The notes beneath the pieces are model-generated. The model saw only the letters and a list, made by a program, of their open reading frames with translations. It was not told where the DNA came from and ran no database searches. The position numbers were made by a program, and so were the translations under genes. A stretch of 64,000 nt of DNA from Hypanus sabinus. Its lineage: Eukaryota. Below are positions 10,956 through 23,205 of this stretch, piece by piece; the stretch's first letter is position 1; the number at the start of each line of letters is the position of its first letter. Location of the stretch: positions 62,001 to 126,000 of the forward strand of contig NW_026781435.1 in NCBI RefSeq assembly GCF_030144855.1. The letters are read 5' to 3'.

Positions 10956-12015
10956 ACCTGATCTACCTAATTTACCTCCATCGCCACACTCCAGCTGATT
11001 TTTTACTCACACCCTACTCCTCTCTTCATTCACAATCTCTCCCTTCCGTCATCTTTTTTTTTCCTGATGCTTTTATTCCCCCCCCCCACTTACAGCCGAC
11101 CTCCTCATCCCATTCATAAACTTGCCTTTCACATCTAGTGCCGGTCACAATCCATCAGTGTTTCCTCTCTGAGCTCAAAAATGACCCTTGTAGTTATGGA
11201 CCGACTACCTTGTCAAACAAATTACATTCGACCTTTATAATAGTATAAACCCGTTTGTGAAAATAAGCCCGGCCGATCCATCTTCAATTCATCTGCAGTC
11301 GTCCTATCCAGGAAGCACTCCTATGAATATCTCCTCCTCTCTTCCTATTGTCGCAACACCATTCCTGTCCAAGCTGTGTGCAATATTACGGTTCTGGTCT
11401 AATCCACCTTCAATTCATTACGACTTCTTTCACCTTACACTCAATGCCCTCGACAAGGAAAGGGACACCGTTTCTCCTTTCTCAGCGTCGATGGCAGAAG
11501 GACGGAGTAACGTCTCCTATGAGATGAAATAATTTTAGCATGGAATTATGGGCAGCGAAATTCACGGGGTAATTTTAATTGTAAAGGCGATCGAAAGCAA
11601 ACAAATAAAAGAATGAAAGAAAATCCGGTGTTCCGGAAAAAAATAAGTGTTCCATTTCTAAAGGCAGGAAGAGCGTCTCTTTTGGAAAACAGCAGGTAAC
11701 GGAAAGTTTGTGACAGGGCAGAATCAAAAGAGCGTCTGTGCAATTAAATCTCATGGTCTCGATTCCGCCTCATACTCAGGTAAATCGTTGTCAGTACGGG
11801 GCTTGTTGGAGAGTGCTGACTGTGCGTGACGTCACAGTGCTGGTGTAAGAGCTGGCATCTTGCCAGAAGATTGGGCACCTGCTCTCTCACCGTTGTTACA
11901 AAACCCTTCTGCTTCCAGTCTGCATCACGTTTCCTCTGTCAAATGCAAAGGTAGACAAGACGCGACCACAGAGCCAAGTGTGCTTGCTCAGTCAGGCCTT
12001 TTACAGGCAGTCTCG

Positions 12016-12054
12016 GGTTTTTGTCGAGCTCTCCCCTCTCGACGCGTAACTGTG
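12016..12054 (-). other. 23-RSS of V4 (CACAGTT-23-ACAAAAACC)
   Basis: 6/7 heptamer, exact 23-nt spacer, perfect nonamer. Confidence 0.96.
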
Positions 12055-12350
12055 TAGACTCCAGGCGCAGAAATACACGGCCGAGTGATTCACCCTCAGG
12101 CTGTTGGTCACCAGTTTGTTCTCGTTATCTTTAAGCGCCTGCAGGGTAAATCCATCAACTTCCCCGTCTGGATTCCTAAAGTTAGCTCCGTAGCTGTAGA
12201 ACATGAACTGCGGCCCCTGCCCCGGGTACTGGCGGTACCAGTACACGTTATAAGTGCTGCTGCCCTCCACGTTGCAGGATAGCGCCATCGTGTTCCCCAG
12301 AGATCCGGAAAAAGCCGGTGGAGACTGCCGGATAGTTTGTGAGTTCGCGG
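12055..12350 (-). CDS. V4: intact TCR V exon, TRBV30-like
   Basis: ANSQTIRQSPP...LSCNVEGSSTYNVYWYRQYPGQGPQFMFYSYG...LRVNHSAVYFCAWSL, with a phase-1 acceptor ccccag|. Confidence 0.94.
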
Positions 12351-12686
12351 CTGGGGAATAGAGGAGCGGAGTATGACGTCAGTAGGGATGTACTCTCGGA
12401 TCATGGAGAAAGGAAGCAGAGGATAAATGCGGGAAGCAGAGACATCTGGGGAAAAGAGAAAAAAAAATGGGAAAGGTACAGAGAGAGTGAGAGAATAGAA
12501 TAAAATAAATATAATTGGATGGACAAAGTTGAAAACTAAATTGCAAACCGGCGCAACGATGAAAAAAGTGAGAAAGAAAAGCGAGAGAGCGTTGGAAAAT
12601 TAAATATTTCAAGAATTAACGGAGCACAGAAAGGGTAATGCAGAATTGGTTGCTTAAACTACTCGGAAATTGAAGCTGTCCTTTAC

Positions 12687-12723
12687 CGTGAAACCAGATT
12701 AGCAGCTCCAATAACACGAACAT
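12687..12723 (-). CDS. V4 leader exon MFVLLELLIWFH
   Basis: ATG start, 37 nt, donor G|gtaaag in phase with the V exon. Confidence 0.88.
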
Positions 12724-12808
12724 CTTTCAACTCAGACAGTTTCCTCCAAGCGGAAGGGCGTTCGGAATGAACCACCTTTTGAATGCCTTGTCAGGGTGAA
12801 CGGACAAA

Positions 12809-12834
12809 GCTCCGCCCCTCAACCATACGTCACT
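12809..12834 (-). promoter_or_regulatory. V4 proximal promoter: CRE/decamer-like AGTGACGTA and GC box GGGGCGGAGC
   Basis: Motifs lie ~85-110 nt upstream of the leader ATG. AGTGACGTA resembles the AGTGAYRTCA decamer of TCR Vbeta promoters. Confidence 0.55.
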
Positions 12835-14389
12835 GAGTAGCGACACTGGAAGCTTTGAGTTTCAATGGTGTATGGATCAATTCATTTGCCGATCCGGATG
12901 TTATTCGAAAGGTCGGGCCCCATTCCAAGTTCAGAAGGACAGCGGGAGCGGGAACGACAACGGGGACATGACGATGTAACTTCAATATCTCACATTGAGT
13001 CATCGTACCGCTTTGGGAGGCGCAGAGGGGTATATAAGCAGGGAGGTACGGATTATGTTCAGCAGAAAGACAGAATTACTTCGTATATGGTGGTCCCAAG
13101 TGCGACATTCCGTGTCATTCATAAATTACTAATAGCAGAGTTGTAGAATATGTATTACAGACGCTGACCTCAAGGCCCGAAAGTTTATTGTTTGAGATGT
13201 CTAGATGGCAGCATCGTATACTAGTGCGTTACTGAAAAAGACGCTTCGGTCTAAATTGCAAACTCCGATAAATAACTTCATTACTCCCGTCATGCAAATT
13301 ATAATCATGCCAGAAATTCGGCAGGGATGACGATTGTAGTGAACATTGAAAGCGTATAGCACGGAATTCTCCAGAATGCAGCGAACTAAGCGAAGCAGAA
13401 CTTGTTATATGGCAACGAACCATTTGGCTGCTCGTTAGATTTCGAGAATGGGATTAACCGGGCACGCAAACGCTTTGCTTTGCGACCCTGCAGCTGAGAC
13501 TTGTCAAACCTAAAGCCATATTCTCGTGTAGAGTGCCGCCCTGCGGCCGCAATAGGAACAACCCTGCCACAGCAACTTGTGGAACGGAGACAGTCACGAC
13601 CGCGACGGGATTATTCGCCCGAATGTGATGGTGCTGTGACAGAATAGACTACTAACCAGTAACCCTAACCATACACCTGTCTCTCTAAATGCCTGCAAGT
13701 AAATAAGTATCAAGTTTATCTCTGTTGTCACATACGTACTTCGATAATAAATTTATCTTGATTGGGACTTTGACTGCATCGAGAACTGTAAAATCTCCGG
13801 AGAATACATGAGAAGCATCATCGTTATTTTCCGTGGATAGGAGGGATAAACCCCAAATTATAGAATTTCATTCTGAGGGACATCTGTTTACGCTCAAATG
13901 AAGTTAGCCACACGGAATGAGTTGTTGGAAGAAGTAGTATAATAGGGTACGTTTACCACATTCGGGCAGCTACACAGATGGTATCGCTTCAAGGATGTAT
14001 TGAGTAAACGGATGCAAATAGAAGTAAAGTACACAGGCTCCCTTCGTACTGTAAATCCAAACCAACAGAGGGCGCTCTATAACAAAAAAACAGCGACATT
14101 GACTTCTGATTGGGAAGCTGCCGTCCAGCCACCCAGTCACCGCAAAACACACGACCGGGTGTCCTGATCCAAAAAAATCATGTCTCACGTGCGCTGACTG
14201 TGCTTGCCTTCATGTCTGACGGAGCGATTACGTGAAGCAGAGACATCAAAGGTCCAGGTGCAGTTCGTGCAATTATCTTGAAGATATCATCACAGGACAC
14301 CGATAGAAGGATGGCCAAAGGCAGACACATGAACAGAAAAAAAAAACTTACCCCAGCATCTCCTCTGTAACTACTTCAAACCGCATTAA

Positions 14390-14715
14390 AACTGCGCCTT
14401 CTCGTGCTTGTCATTGCAGCCCGGGGAAAACGGCTCTGACTGTCCACCCGAGTAATGCATCTCATTATCTTGCACACCTCTATCAGGTCACCTCTCATCC
14501 TCCGTTGCTCCAAGATGTTCATTCAAACTATTCTCATAGGCATGTTCCCCAAACCAGGCAACATTCTTGTAATTCTGCTCAGCACCCTTTCTATGGTTTC
14601 CATGTCCTTCCTCTAGTGATGAAAACAGAAATGTGCACAGTACTCCAAGTGTTGTTTGACCAGAGTCCTATACAGCTGCTACATTACCTCTCGGCTCTTA
14701 AACTCAATTGGTCCA
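14390..14715 (-). mobile_element. CR1 ORF2 3' fragment
   Basis: Antisense of the LEYCAHF and RGDLIEVCKIMR motif regions. Confidence 0.7.
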
Positions 14716-17069
14716 TTCGAAGATTTGTTTTTAAAGAATCATTTTCTTAACAGCAGATCCAATTAGCTGATTATGTCTCCGACTCAAAGACGTTCCCAAA
14801 TCATTTGCTTAATAAAAGGCAGAATAATATGCCGTTATCAGTCAGCTGACAATGAATCATTATTTCTTGAATGTTAATCCAGTTTTGGCGGCTGCACCGC
14901 TCATTTCTCAATTGCTGTGGACGTATGTACTGTTGGTACTTGGCATTGTAGCTTTCTTAATATTTACCTAGATATTGCTGCCTAGGCCTAATTGTGTATT
15001 GTTATTCTGTAATGTATTTCCGATGATACCAGTTGTAGATATTACTTTCGGAACAGCGAATGCCTTATTCGTGTTCCAAACTCTTTCAATTTGCTCTTTC
15101 AATCCGGCATATTTCTGTTGATTTTTCACTTACAGACTTCTGTATGTTTTGTGTGATAAAAGGAAATTTTTTGTTGGAAGGCTGAAGAACATCTGCCAAT
15201 CTGATTTCAAAAGTGAACATAAAGCAAAATTAATTCGATGTTTCGATATTAATATTATAATACCTTGAAAAAGCACGGAGAAAAAAAAATGAAAAATAAC
15301 GGGGGCTTAAGCAATCCATAGAGTAGACAGACAAGACGGATGAGGTCATATCATCATCATCATCGAAAACGGGATTCAACGCTCCACGGGAGAGCATATA
15401 ATTGTAATATGAAGTACACACCACTAATCCTAAATAAGATCATTACCGAGAGAAATGAAGGTAAAGTTAACCAATGGAAGATTATGACGCTCCACTGAAA
15501 AAAAACCTTGATTTTACTAGCAAAGAGGAATGGGGCCGAAGGGCTCCCGCTGCACCGCTTGATACATAAGTCCTGGCAATTGCTATTACTAACCAAAGTA
15601 GACGATTAGTTTTCTATGACGTAAGCAGACGATCAATTGACAAACGTTATGCTCGGTCAGGCGTCATTTCCGATGATAAATTCCATCGACAAGAGTCCAG
15701 GTGAAAAAGGGAAGAGGGAGCTTTCGCTCCCAAACAGCGTTTCAGAAGGGCAATGCATCTCCCCGCTGACGTGACCCTCGCTTTTCTCACCATATCCCTG
15801 ACTCTCCCGGACCACTGTCAGTTTTATTTTGATGAATTATTTTTTTAGAGCGGGTCGAGTCAGCTGATATTATCACGGATTCAAAGACGATTCCAGATCA
15901 TTTGTTTTATAAAACGTGAATATTATGCCGTTATCAGCCAACTGACCATGAACTATTGACTCTTACATCGTAATCCAGTATCGGCGGCTGCATCGACATT
16001 CAACATGATCTTGGCTGATCTCACCATGGACTCATCTACACCTACATGTCTTTTCTCCATAACCTCCACTAATATGAAAAAAATCTATCCAACCTTTTCT
16101 TAAATATGTTTACTGAGGGAAAATATGTTTATATGTTGTGGGAACGCTCTGATGGCACAGCGTTGACTTGCACAGAGAGCAGCAGGACACTAGGGGGTGT
16201 CATTGAGCAGAAAGCTAAAGGAATAAAAGAAGACAGTTCACTGAAATTGGCACCGCGCAGGAAGAAAACTGGACGAACTCCTGGAGATCCACCGACCAAT
16301 TCGAACCCGCGGAATTTCACTCATTAGGTCGCTAAACTGATTGTAGAGACGTCAGCCTCACTTGCAGGGACATGCAACGAATCTTCTTGGTATAATGTTT
16401 TTATTTGCACGAATTTTTAATTTTCCTTTCACAGTCTCAGGTTTTGTATGGTTATTCACGAATTTATGGTGTATTTCCCCGCAATTACCCGTAGTTTAAT
16501 AAATCTCAAGGCCACTTGCGGTGTCATATACGTACTTCGATAATAAATATATTTTCACTTGACTTTGACTTTATCGAGACCTGTTAAAAATCTGGGAGCT
16601 TGCATAAGATGCCTCATCGTTATTTGCTGTGGTTCGGACAGGTTAACCTCAAATTACAGCAGTTCATGTTGAGGGACATATGCTTGTACTCGGATAAAGT
16701 GTGATAGGTGGAATGAGTTGCTGCAAGACGAGGTAGAGAAGTTTACGTTTACTAGAGTCCTGCAGGGTCAGCAGTGGTAAAGCTTTCACTTATTGAGGAA
16801 ACGGAGGCAAATGGAATTACAATACAGAGGACCCTGTAGTAGCATAACATCAAGCCGAAAAATGGCGCTCTTCGTCCAAAACTGGCGACATTGTTTTCTG
16901 TTTTGTTTTTTCAGCTGCCTTTCACCCAAACAGTCAGCGCATCACACAAGACCAGGTGTTCTGAACCACCAGATTCCTATCTCACCTGCGCTCACTGCAG
17001 CTGCCTTCATCTCGTACGGAACGATCACATGGAGCAGAAACTTCAAAGATCTTAGTGCGGTTCACCTTA

Positions 17070-18480
17070 GGAAAGATGGCGCTGGAGTTTTAGAAAGTAT
17101 CAGGTTGGATCAGTCGCCGGGACCGGATGAGACGTATCCCAGGTAACTGCAGGAGACAAGGGTGGAGATTGCTGAGCCTCTGACGATGATTTTTGCATCA
17201 TCAATTGCGGCGCGACAGATTCCGGAGGACTGGCGGCTTGCGGATGTTGTTACATTATTCAAGAAAGTGGGTACAGATAGCGCAGAAAATTACAGACCAT
17301 TGAGACTTACTTCAGTGGTTGGTAAGTTAATGAAGACGATCGTGAGAGGCAGGATTTATGAACATTTGGAAAGGTATAATATGATTAGGAGTAGTCAGCA
17401 TGACTTTGACCAGGGCAGGTCATACATTACATCAGTAATAGAATGTTTCGAGGATTTAACTAAACATGGAGGTGAAGGAAGAGAAGTAGGTGTCGTGTAT
17501 ATGGATTTCCGCAAGGCATTTAAAAAGGTACCCAATCAATGGCTTGTTGAGAAAGTACGGAGGGATGGGATCCATGGGGACATTGCTTTGAGGATCCAGA
17601 ACTGGCTTGCACACCGAAGGCAAAGACAGTTTGTAGACGGGTGATATACTGCGTGCATGTCGGTAAACTGGAAGTATGGGTTAGTAAACTTACTGATGAC
17701 ACAAAGGTTGGAGTATTTTGGATAGTGTGGAGATCTGTCAGAAGTTCCAGCGGGACATAGATTGGATGGAAACCTGGGCAGAGTAGTGGGAGATGGTGTT
17801 CAACCCAGATATGTGTGAAGTGGTTCGTTTTGTTAGCTCAAATATAATGGCAGAATATAGTATTATTGGCAAGATTCTTGGCAGTTTCAAGGTTCGGAAG
17901 GATCCTGTGGTCCGAGTCCATAGGACGCTCAATGTAGCTGCGCACGTTGACTCTGTTGTCAAGAAGGCGTATGGAGCTTTCGCCTTCATCAGTCGTGGGA
18001 TTGTGTTCAAGAGGCGAGAGGTTTAATTGCAGCTATACTGGACCCTGGTCAACCCCACTTGTAGTACTGTGCTCAGACTTAGACCCCTCTCTACAAGAAG
18101 GATGTGGAAAACATAGATAGGGTGTAGAGCAGATTTACATGTGTGTTGCCTGAATTGGGTTGCATGCCTTACGAGAACAGGTGTTTTCTCCTTGGAGTGA
18201 CGGAGGATAAGTGTTGACCTCATAGAGCTGTATAAGATGATGAGATACATTGATCATCTGGATAGTCAGAGACTTTATCCCAGGGTTGAAATGGCTATCA
18301 GGAGAGGGCACTGTATTAAGCTGCTGGTAGGTGGTAGTGGAGATGTCAGGTTACATTTTCCAGGTAGGGATTGGTGCTTACGTGTAATGACCTGCCGCTG
18401 ACGGTGGTGAAGATAGATACGACAGGGTTTTTAAGATACTCCTGGATAGTCACATGAAGCTTAAAAAAATAGAGACTTAT
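17070..18480 (+). mobile_element. Degraded CR1 ORF2 (reverse transcriptase to 3' end)
   Basis: EIAEPL...IPEDWRLADVVTLFKK...NYRPLRLTSVVGKLM...VVYMDFRKAFKKVP, split by stops and frameshifts. Confidence 0.9.
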
Positions 18481-20590
18481 TGGTAACACTAGCTAATTAA
18501 TAATGTAAATAATAAATTAATAAAGTAAAGCTCGGCAAAAATTGTGGTCCGAAGTTCCTGTAATGTGTTGTAGACTTTCTGTTTTTCGATAATTGCTAAC
18601 TCATCATTTCTGCTTGTAGAATGAGCATAACCTTCAATTTTCTCTATCGACCACTGTATTCCTCGGTATCTTTTAAAGGCCACTTATCCTTATGCCTCGA
18701 ACACCACAAAATGAAGTGCATCCCATGTACGCACTACTCTCTGTGTAAACGTCTTGCCCTTTCGAGGGCATTTGAACCTACCGCAGGAACATTGCCCGAC
18801 GCTTTGTATATGTTTGCAAATAAATTATTTTGTGTCATCTGCAAGATTTTCAATTCCCTTATTTGCAGACATCCTAATCTGTTTTATATATATCACAAAT
18901 CCCAGAGGATTCACTGTCGGACATTAACTATGGACTGTTCTTTATGCGTTGTGATGAAAATGAGATTCCTGAGTTACAACATAAAATCTCTCCATCAGAA
19001 TCTGCCACCTACTGGCTGCATAAAAATCTACAAATCTACAAACAGCAGAGTTACTGAATTACCTGTGCACGGGCAGGTGTTTTAACAGTTATATACCCCC
19101 CGGGTTCATTCTTTCTGTGGACTGTCACTTCAAAGAGGCCGAGAGAATTAAGATTGACGTTGAGATACACCTGGATTTCTGCAGACTCTAAAATTTGCTA
19201 CATTGCTATAGTGAGTGAGATGGCGTCATTTGGTGGAACATGAATGTTTACATTTTCCTGTGCCTTGTTTTCGCATATACAATGACATAGAGACAGAATG
19301 TCAGAGTCTAGATCAATTTGTTCAATCCGAGACACCAGTGAGTATGACGCTGGTGTAAACATTCAGTCGCCGAAATGGTTAAGTTGAGATCGATCCAGTG
19401 TATCAATGAATGACTCTCACAAGTCGCAGGAAGTAGAAGAAGGTTGCAGAGAGGAGAAGAGGGGAAGGTTTCAAATTGAGGAAACCTTGTGACAAGGAGA
19501 TCACTGTTTGGACTCTGTCTCCAAGCAGCCAGTGAGGATGAGTTCCTTTCCATTCGGATAGGAAAGTGTGCTTGTCACAGTGTTAATCCGCAGGAGGGGT
19601 TTCTCTGGGGAGGGGAAACGTTTTGTGGATACCAGGTATGTGTTTTCCTTTGTCTGGGCGTGGTAGTTCACTGAAGAAAGGCACCCCTTGTGGAAAACCA
19701 CTGTTGGAGATAATTCGTAGGTCATGGATACGGAGGTGTAGCTATCACGAGTGCGATTGTGGTAACCTTGAGGAATATAACGGCGTGTCCACCCTTGCCT
19801 GGATGGTGGAACCCTTGAAGACGTCAGACTTGTGATTAGCTACTGTTAGTGATGTTTCGTGTGGGGATTCAGAGAACAACGAGAATATCGACGTCACCTG
19901 TTTGTTTGGATTACAAATTCATCTCCCTTACTTCAATGTATGTGCATTGAAACTAAACAGAAATTTCTTACACACAATCGTAAGACTGTAACACTTGCCA
20001 CCTGATCTTGAATAAGTTTGGGAACTTTATTTTTTTACACACCTATATATGCATAACACTGGTAACCCTTGGTTTACCTGGTTTAAATTACTATATTACA
20101 TAGTTACTAACAAAATAGTGATTGTTAATAGCAAAATCAGACTCCAGGTGTGTTCTATTGCTGAAAGCCGAGACTTTAACTCTGTTCAGGATAACCAGTC
20201 TTCTTGAACGGTTGAAAGGCAGGAGCTCCTGGTACAAACATCCCTCGCTAGTGGCAAGAGAAGGAGCTGCATCGGGCATACCTGAGCAGGCATTCGGGAC
20301 TCACGGAATACGGTAGTATTCGTGATGTATCGTAACAGTTGTTACCGTATGTAACAGTTGTATCGTGATGGTGATGTTAAGGCGTCGCATGCAAATAAGG
20401 GTAGAATCACTCACTTGGTGGAACTGAGAGAGACATTACAGGGAACCCGTGAGGAAATTAATCTGGAAAGAGCAGAGTGCAGGCAGACTGGGACACTGCT
20501 TTTTCCTGTTGGTGCTGGAGGGATGAAGTGCGGGAGCTAATCGCGTCTGGCAACAGCCGCAGTGGATTGCACATGGGTTATTTCGGGGAG

Positions 20591-21513
20591 TCACTGTGGA
20601 TTAATTTTCTCCTGACAACGCCGAGTGAACTTTATTATGAGACAGTAGGGAGATTTCACCGTCTCCTTGAACTGCAGCCTAAACTTGGTCTGGGCCACGG
20701 CGTAAAGAGCAGTGTTGGTACAGCAGCTCAGGAGTTGAAGCATGTAACCGAGTTCACGCGGACTATTCGGGGGATAAACGGTAATGTAAACAGCCACTTT
20801 ATCCCATACGGAATACACCGTCAGCAGTGCCCACAGCAGGATGAAATTCCCCGACATCACCAGCAGTAACAGGAGCGATTGCCTGCGGTTCTTCATCTCC
20901 GGGTCGGCGTGCGTCTCGCCATCGCGCGAACCACGGAGTCTCCTCCGGGCCCGGCTGACCACTGAGACGTGCCTGATAGTTAAACTGTTTAACAGGAGAA
21001 TCAGGAGAAAGGGAAATATTGGGGTGAGGAGTGAATGAATCAGCAGAAATGTTGTCTCCAGTGATAGGAGAATACGGAAAGAACGTAAACAGAGCATGAA
21101 CCAAAGTGACATCGCATATGCCCCATCGAGCAGAAAGTACCAGGAAATGTTCTTCAGGCAGCTCAGCACTGTCACCGTCCCCAAAACCAGAGCCGCCGCT
21201 CTCCCGGTGCAGTATTTTCGTTTTAGCTTCTGAAAGCAAATGGCGACAAATCGATCAAAGGTGAAAGTGACGGTGTACCAGACAGAACAGTCCGTGACGG
21301 TGTAGAGCATGACTGCGTGAATATTACACACCCGAACACGATCCGACCAGAGGAAAACCTCCACTGGCATGTAACTCATCGGAATCTTGTTCAATACCAG
21401 ATCGAAGAGAACGACCAGTTGATCAGCTGCTACCATGGCGACCAGGTACCGTGTGACACCTTTGGAGAGACCGCATTTTCCCCGCGACAGGATGACGATT
21501 GTCACCAAGTTCA
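20591..21513 (-). CDS. Exon 2 of a GPR139/GPR142-like class A GPCR (paralog 1)
   Basis: Acceptor ccgcacag|TG, then VNLVTIVILSRGKCGLSKGVTRYLVAMVAAD...CNIH...TFDRFVAIC...YC...LLILLLN...NFILLW...LSCCTNTALY, ending TGA. It covers the rest of TM1 and TM2-7 without interruption. Confidence 0.93.
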
Positions 21514-23030
21514 CTGTGCGGAGGGAAATAAAGACCATTAACACAGTCTTGGATGGAAAGATTCTCTAAAATCAACTATTTTAATCGATTGCATTTCCGA
21601 GAACAGAGATGGACATTGAAGCAATGTTTCTACTAAGGAGATTATGGACAGCTTTTATGAAATGCGTAGTGAGGAAGTTCAGAACAATTAGTGGAATCTC
21701 ATTGAAACATATCGAATATTGCAAAGTCGGATTTCGTGGACGTGGAGAGGATTGCTTCCGTAGATGTGGAGTCTTCAACTGGAGGATGAATATTTCCAAT
21801 AGAACGACATCACTTTACAACAGTGGTAGATGGAAATTTGTTCAGACTGAATCTGCTGAATACGTGGACTTTCTCGGCACAGACGGCTAAGGGAGTCAGT
21901 TCGTTGCCAACATTTGCAGCAGAGAGTGATATGCCCCTGATTTGTCGGGGCGCCAATGGATATGGAGAATGGCCGCCAGAAGGTGATTGAGAGGGGCAAT
22001 AAATCAGCTGTGATGGAATGGCGGAGAGACCTCGGTGCTCGAATGTCCGAATTCAACTCTGGAGCCCTGTGGGCTACGCAGTAATATCAATGGATGACTG
22101 GGATGTATCCAGGAGAAGGATTAGTGATTAAGTGCCAAGTATCACGGCAATGGAAATTCAACTTCCTTCATCTGTAAACACGAGGGAAAATTAGAGCAGA
22201 AGAATTAGTAGCCAAATGGGCGAATTCATCTCCGTCCGAGATTCACTCCCGAGAAAAGGCAGCCTGTGTCCCCGAGCTCTGGTCTCACCTGCCTGTGGAA
22301 AGGACCTTCCTGTCCGTGTCTTATCTACTACCTTAGTATTTTACATGTTGCTAAAATGATCGTCTCTGATCCTTCTGAATTCCAGTGTGTGCAGTCCGAG
22401 GCGACTCAAACTTTCCGTATAGTCTCTCCTCCTCATGTCTAGAATCAAAATAGGGAAACGACGACAACGCCCGTAAATCGCTTCTCAAGTCAGGAGACTA
22501 AGTCTCGGGCGCAGTACACCAGTTGCCGCCTCACCAGTACCTTGTGCCGCCTGTTCTTAAATTCCCGCATCTCGCAATGACGGCCAATATCCCATTTGCC
22601 TTCTTGTTAGCCTGCTGCTGCTGCTGCTGCAAACCAGCATAAAGTACCGGAAGCATGTGTAAGTTTCAGAGAGGGTGCAGCTGTAATTTACCGGAATACT
22701 GGCCGGATTGGAGAGTGCCCACAGTACGGAGAGGTTGTGTGCGCTCGAACTTTCTTCTCTGAGAGTGAAGGTGCATGGGCGGTCACTTGGTGGCAGTGTT
22801 TGACAGGAATAGAGACACAGATAACGTTTGCCTGACAGAAAAGTAACCGGGACGCTGACAGCCCCAAAGCTGGAGAGGGAACTTCCGTAATTCACTCAGT
22901 CAGTGTTGCTGAAGCGGTACCGGTTTGTGATTCCTGCCATGCAATTAGCGCGTCGTTAGAGGGCAGGTATGAAAGAGAAGCTGACTTATATTTTTCAACG
23001 TTATTCATGAGGAAGAGACGAGACTCTTAC

Positions 23031-23205
23031 CAGGGACAGCTACAATGGCGAGTATAGGATAATATATCATTTTCACGGTACTAAGCGCCTGATAGATTCG
23101 AAAATCCAACGGTATTCCTTTAGGATTTTTATCCAGATATGGATACGCCCGGTCAATATTCCTTAAAAATGCTGCAGCGTTACGTGATGTATTTTGCTGA
23201 TCCAT
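23031..23205 (-). CDS. Exon 1 of GPCR paralog 1 (N-terminus and start of TM1)
   Basis: MDQQNTS...KMIYYPILAIVAVP G|gtaag, 175 nt, phase 1. It joins exon 2 to give 1098 nt (365 aa plus stop). Confidence 0.9.

Noticed and set aside
11833-11871. Perfect heptamer CACAGTG overlapping a CRE
   Set aside because: There is no nonamer at 12- or 23-nt spacing and no adjacent D/J-like coding sequence.
13030-13125. TATATAA followed by a short ATG frame (MVVPSATFRVIH), possibly another leader
   Set aside because: It is not hydrophobic, has no GT donor, and no downstream V exon was found.
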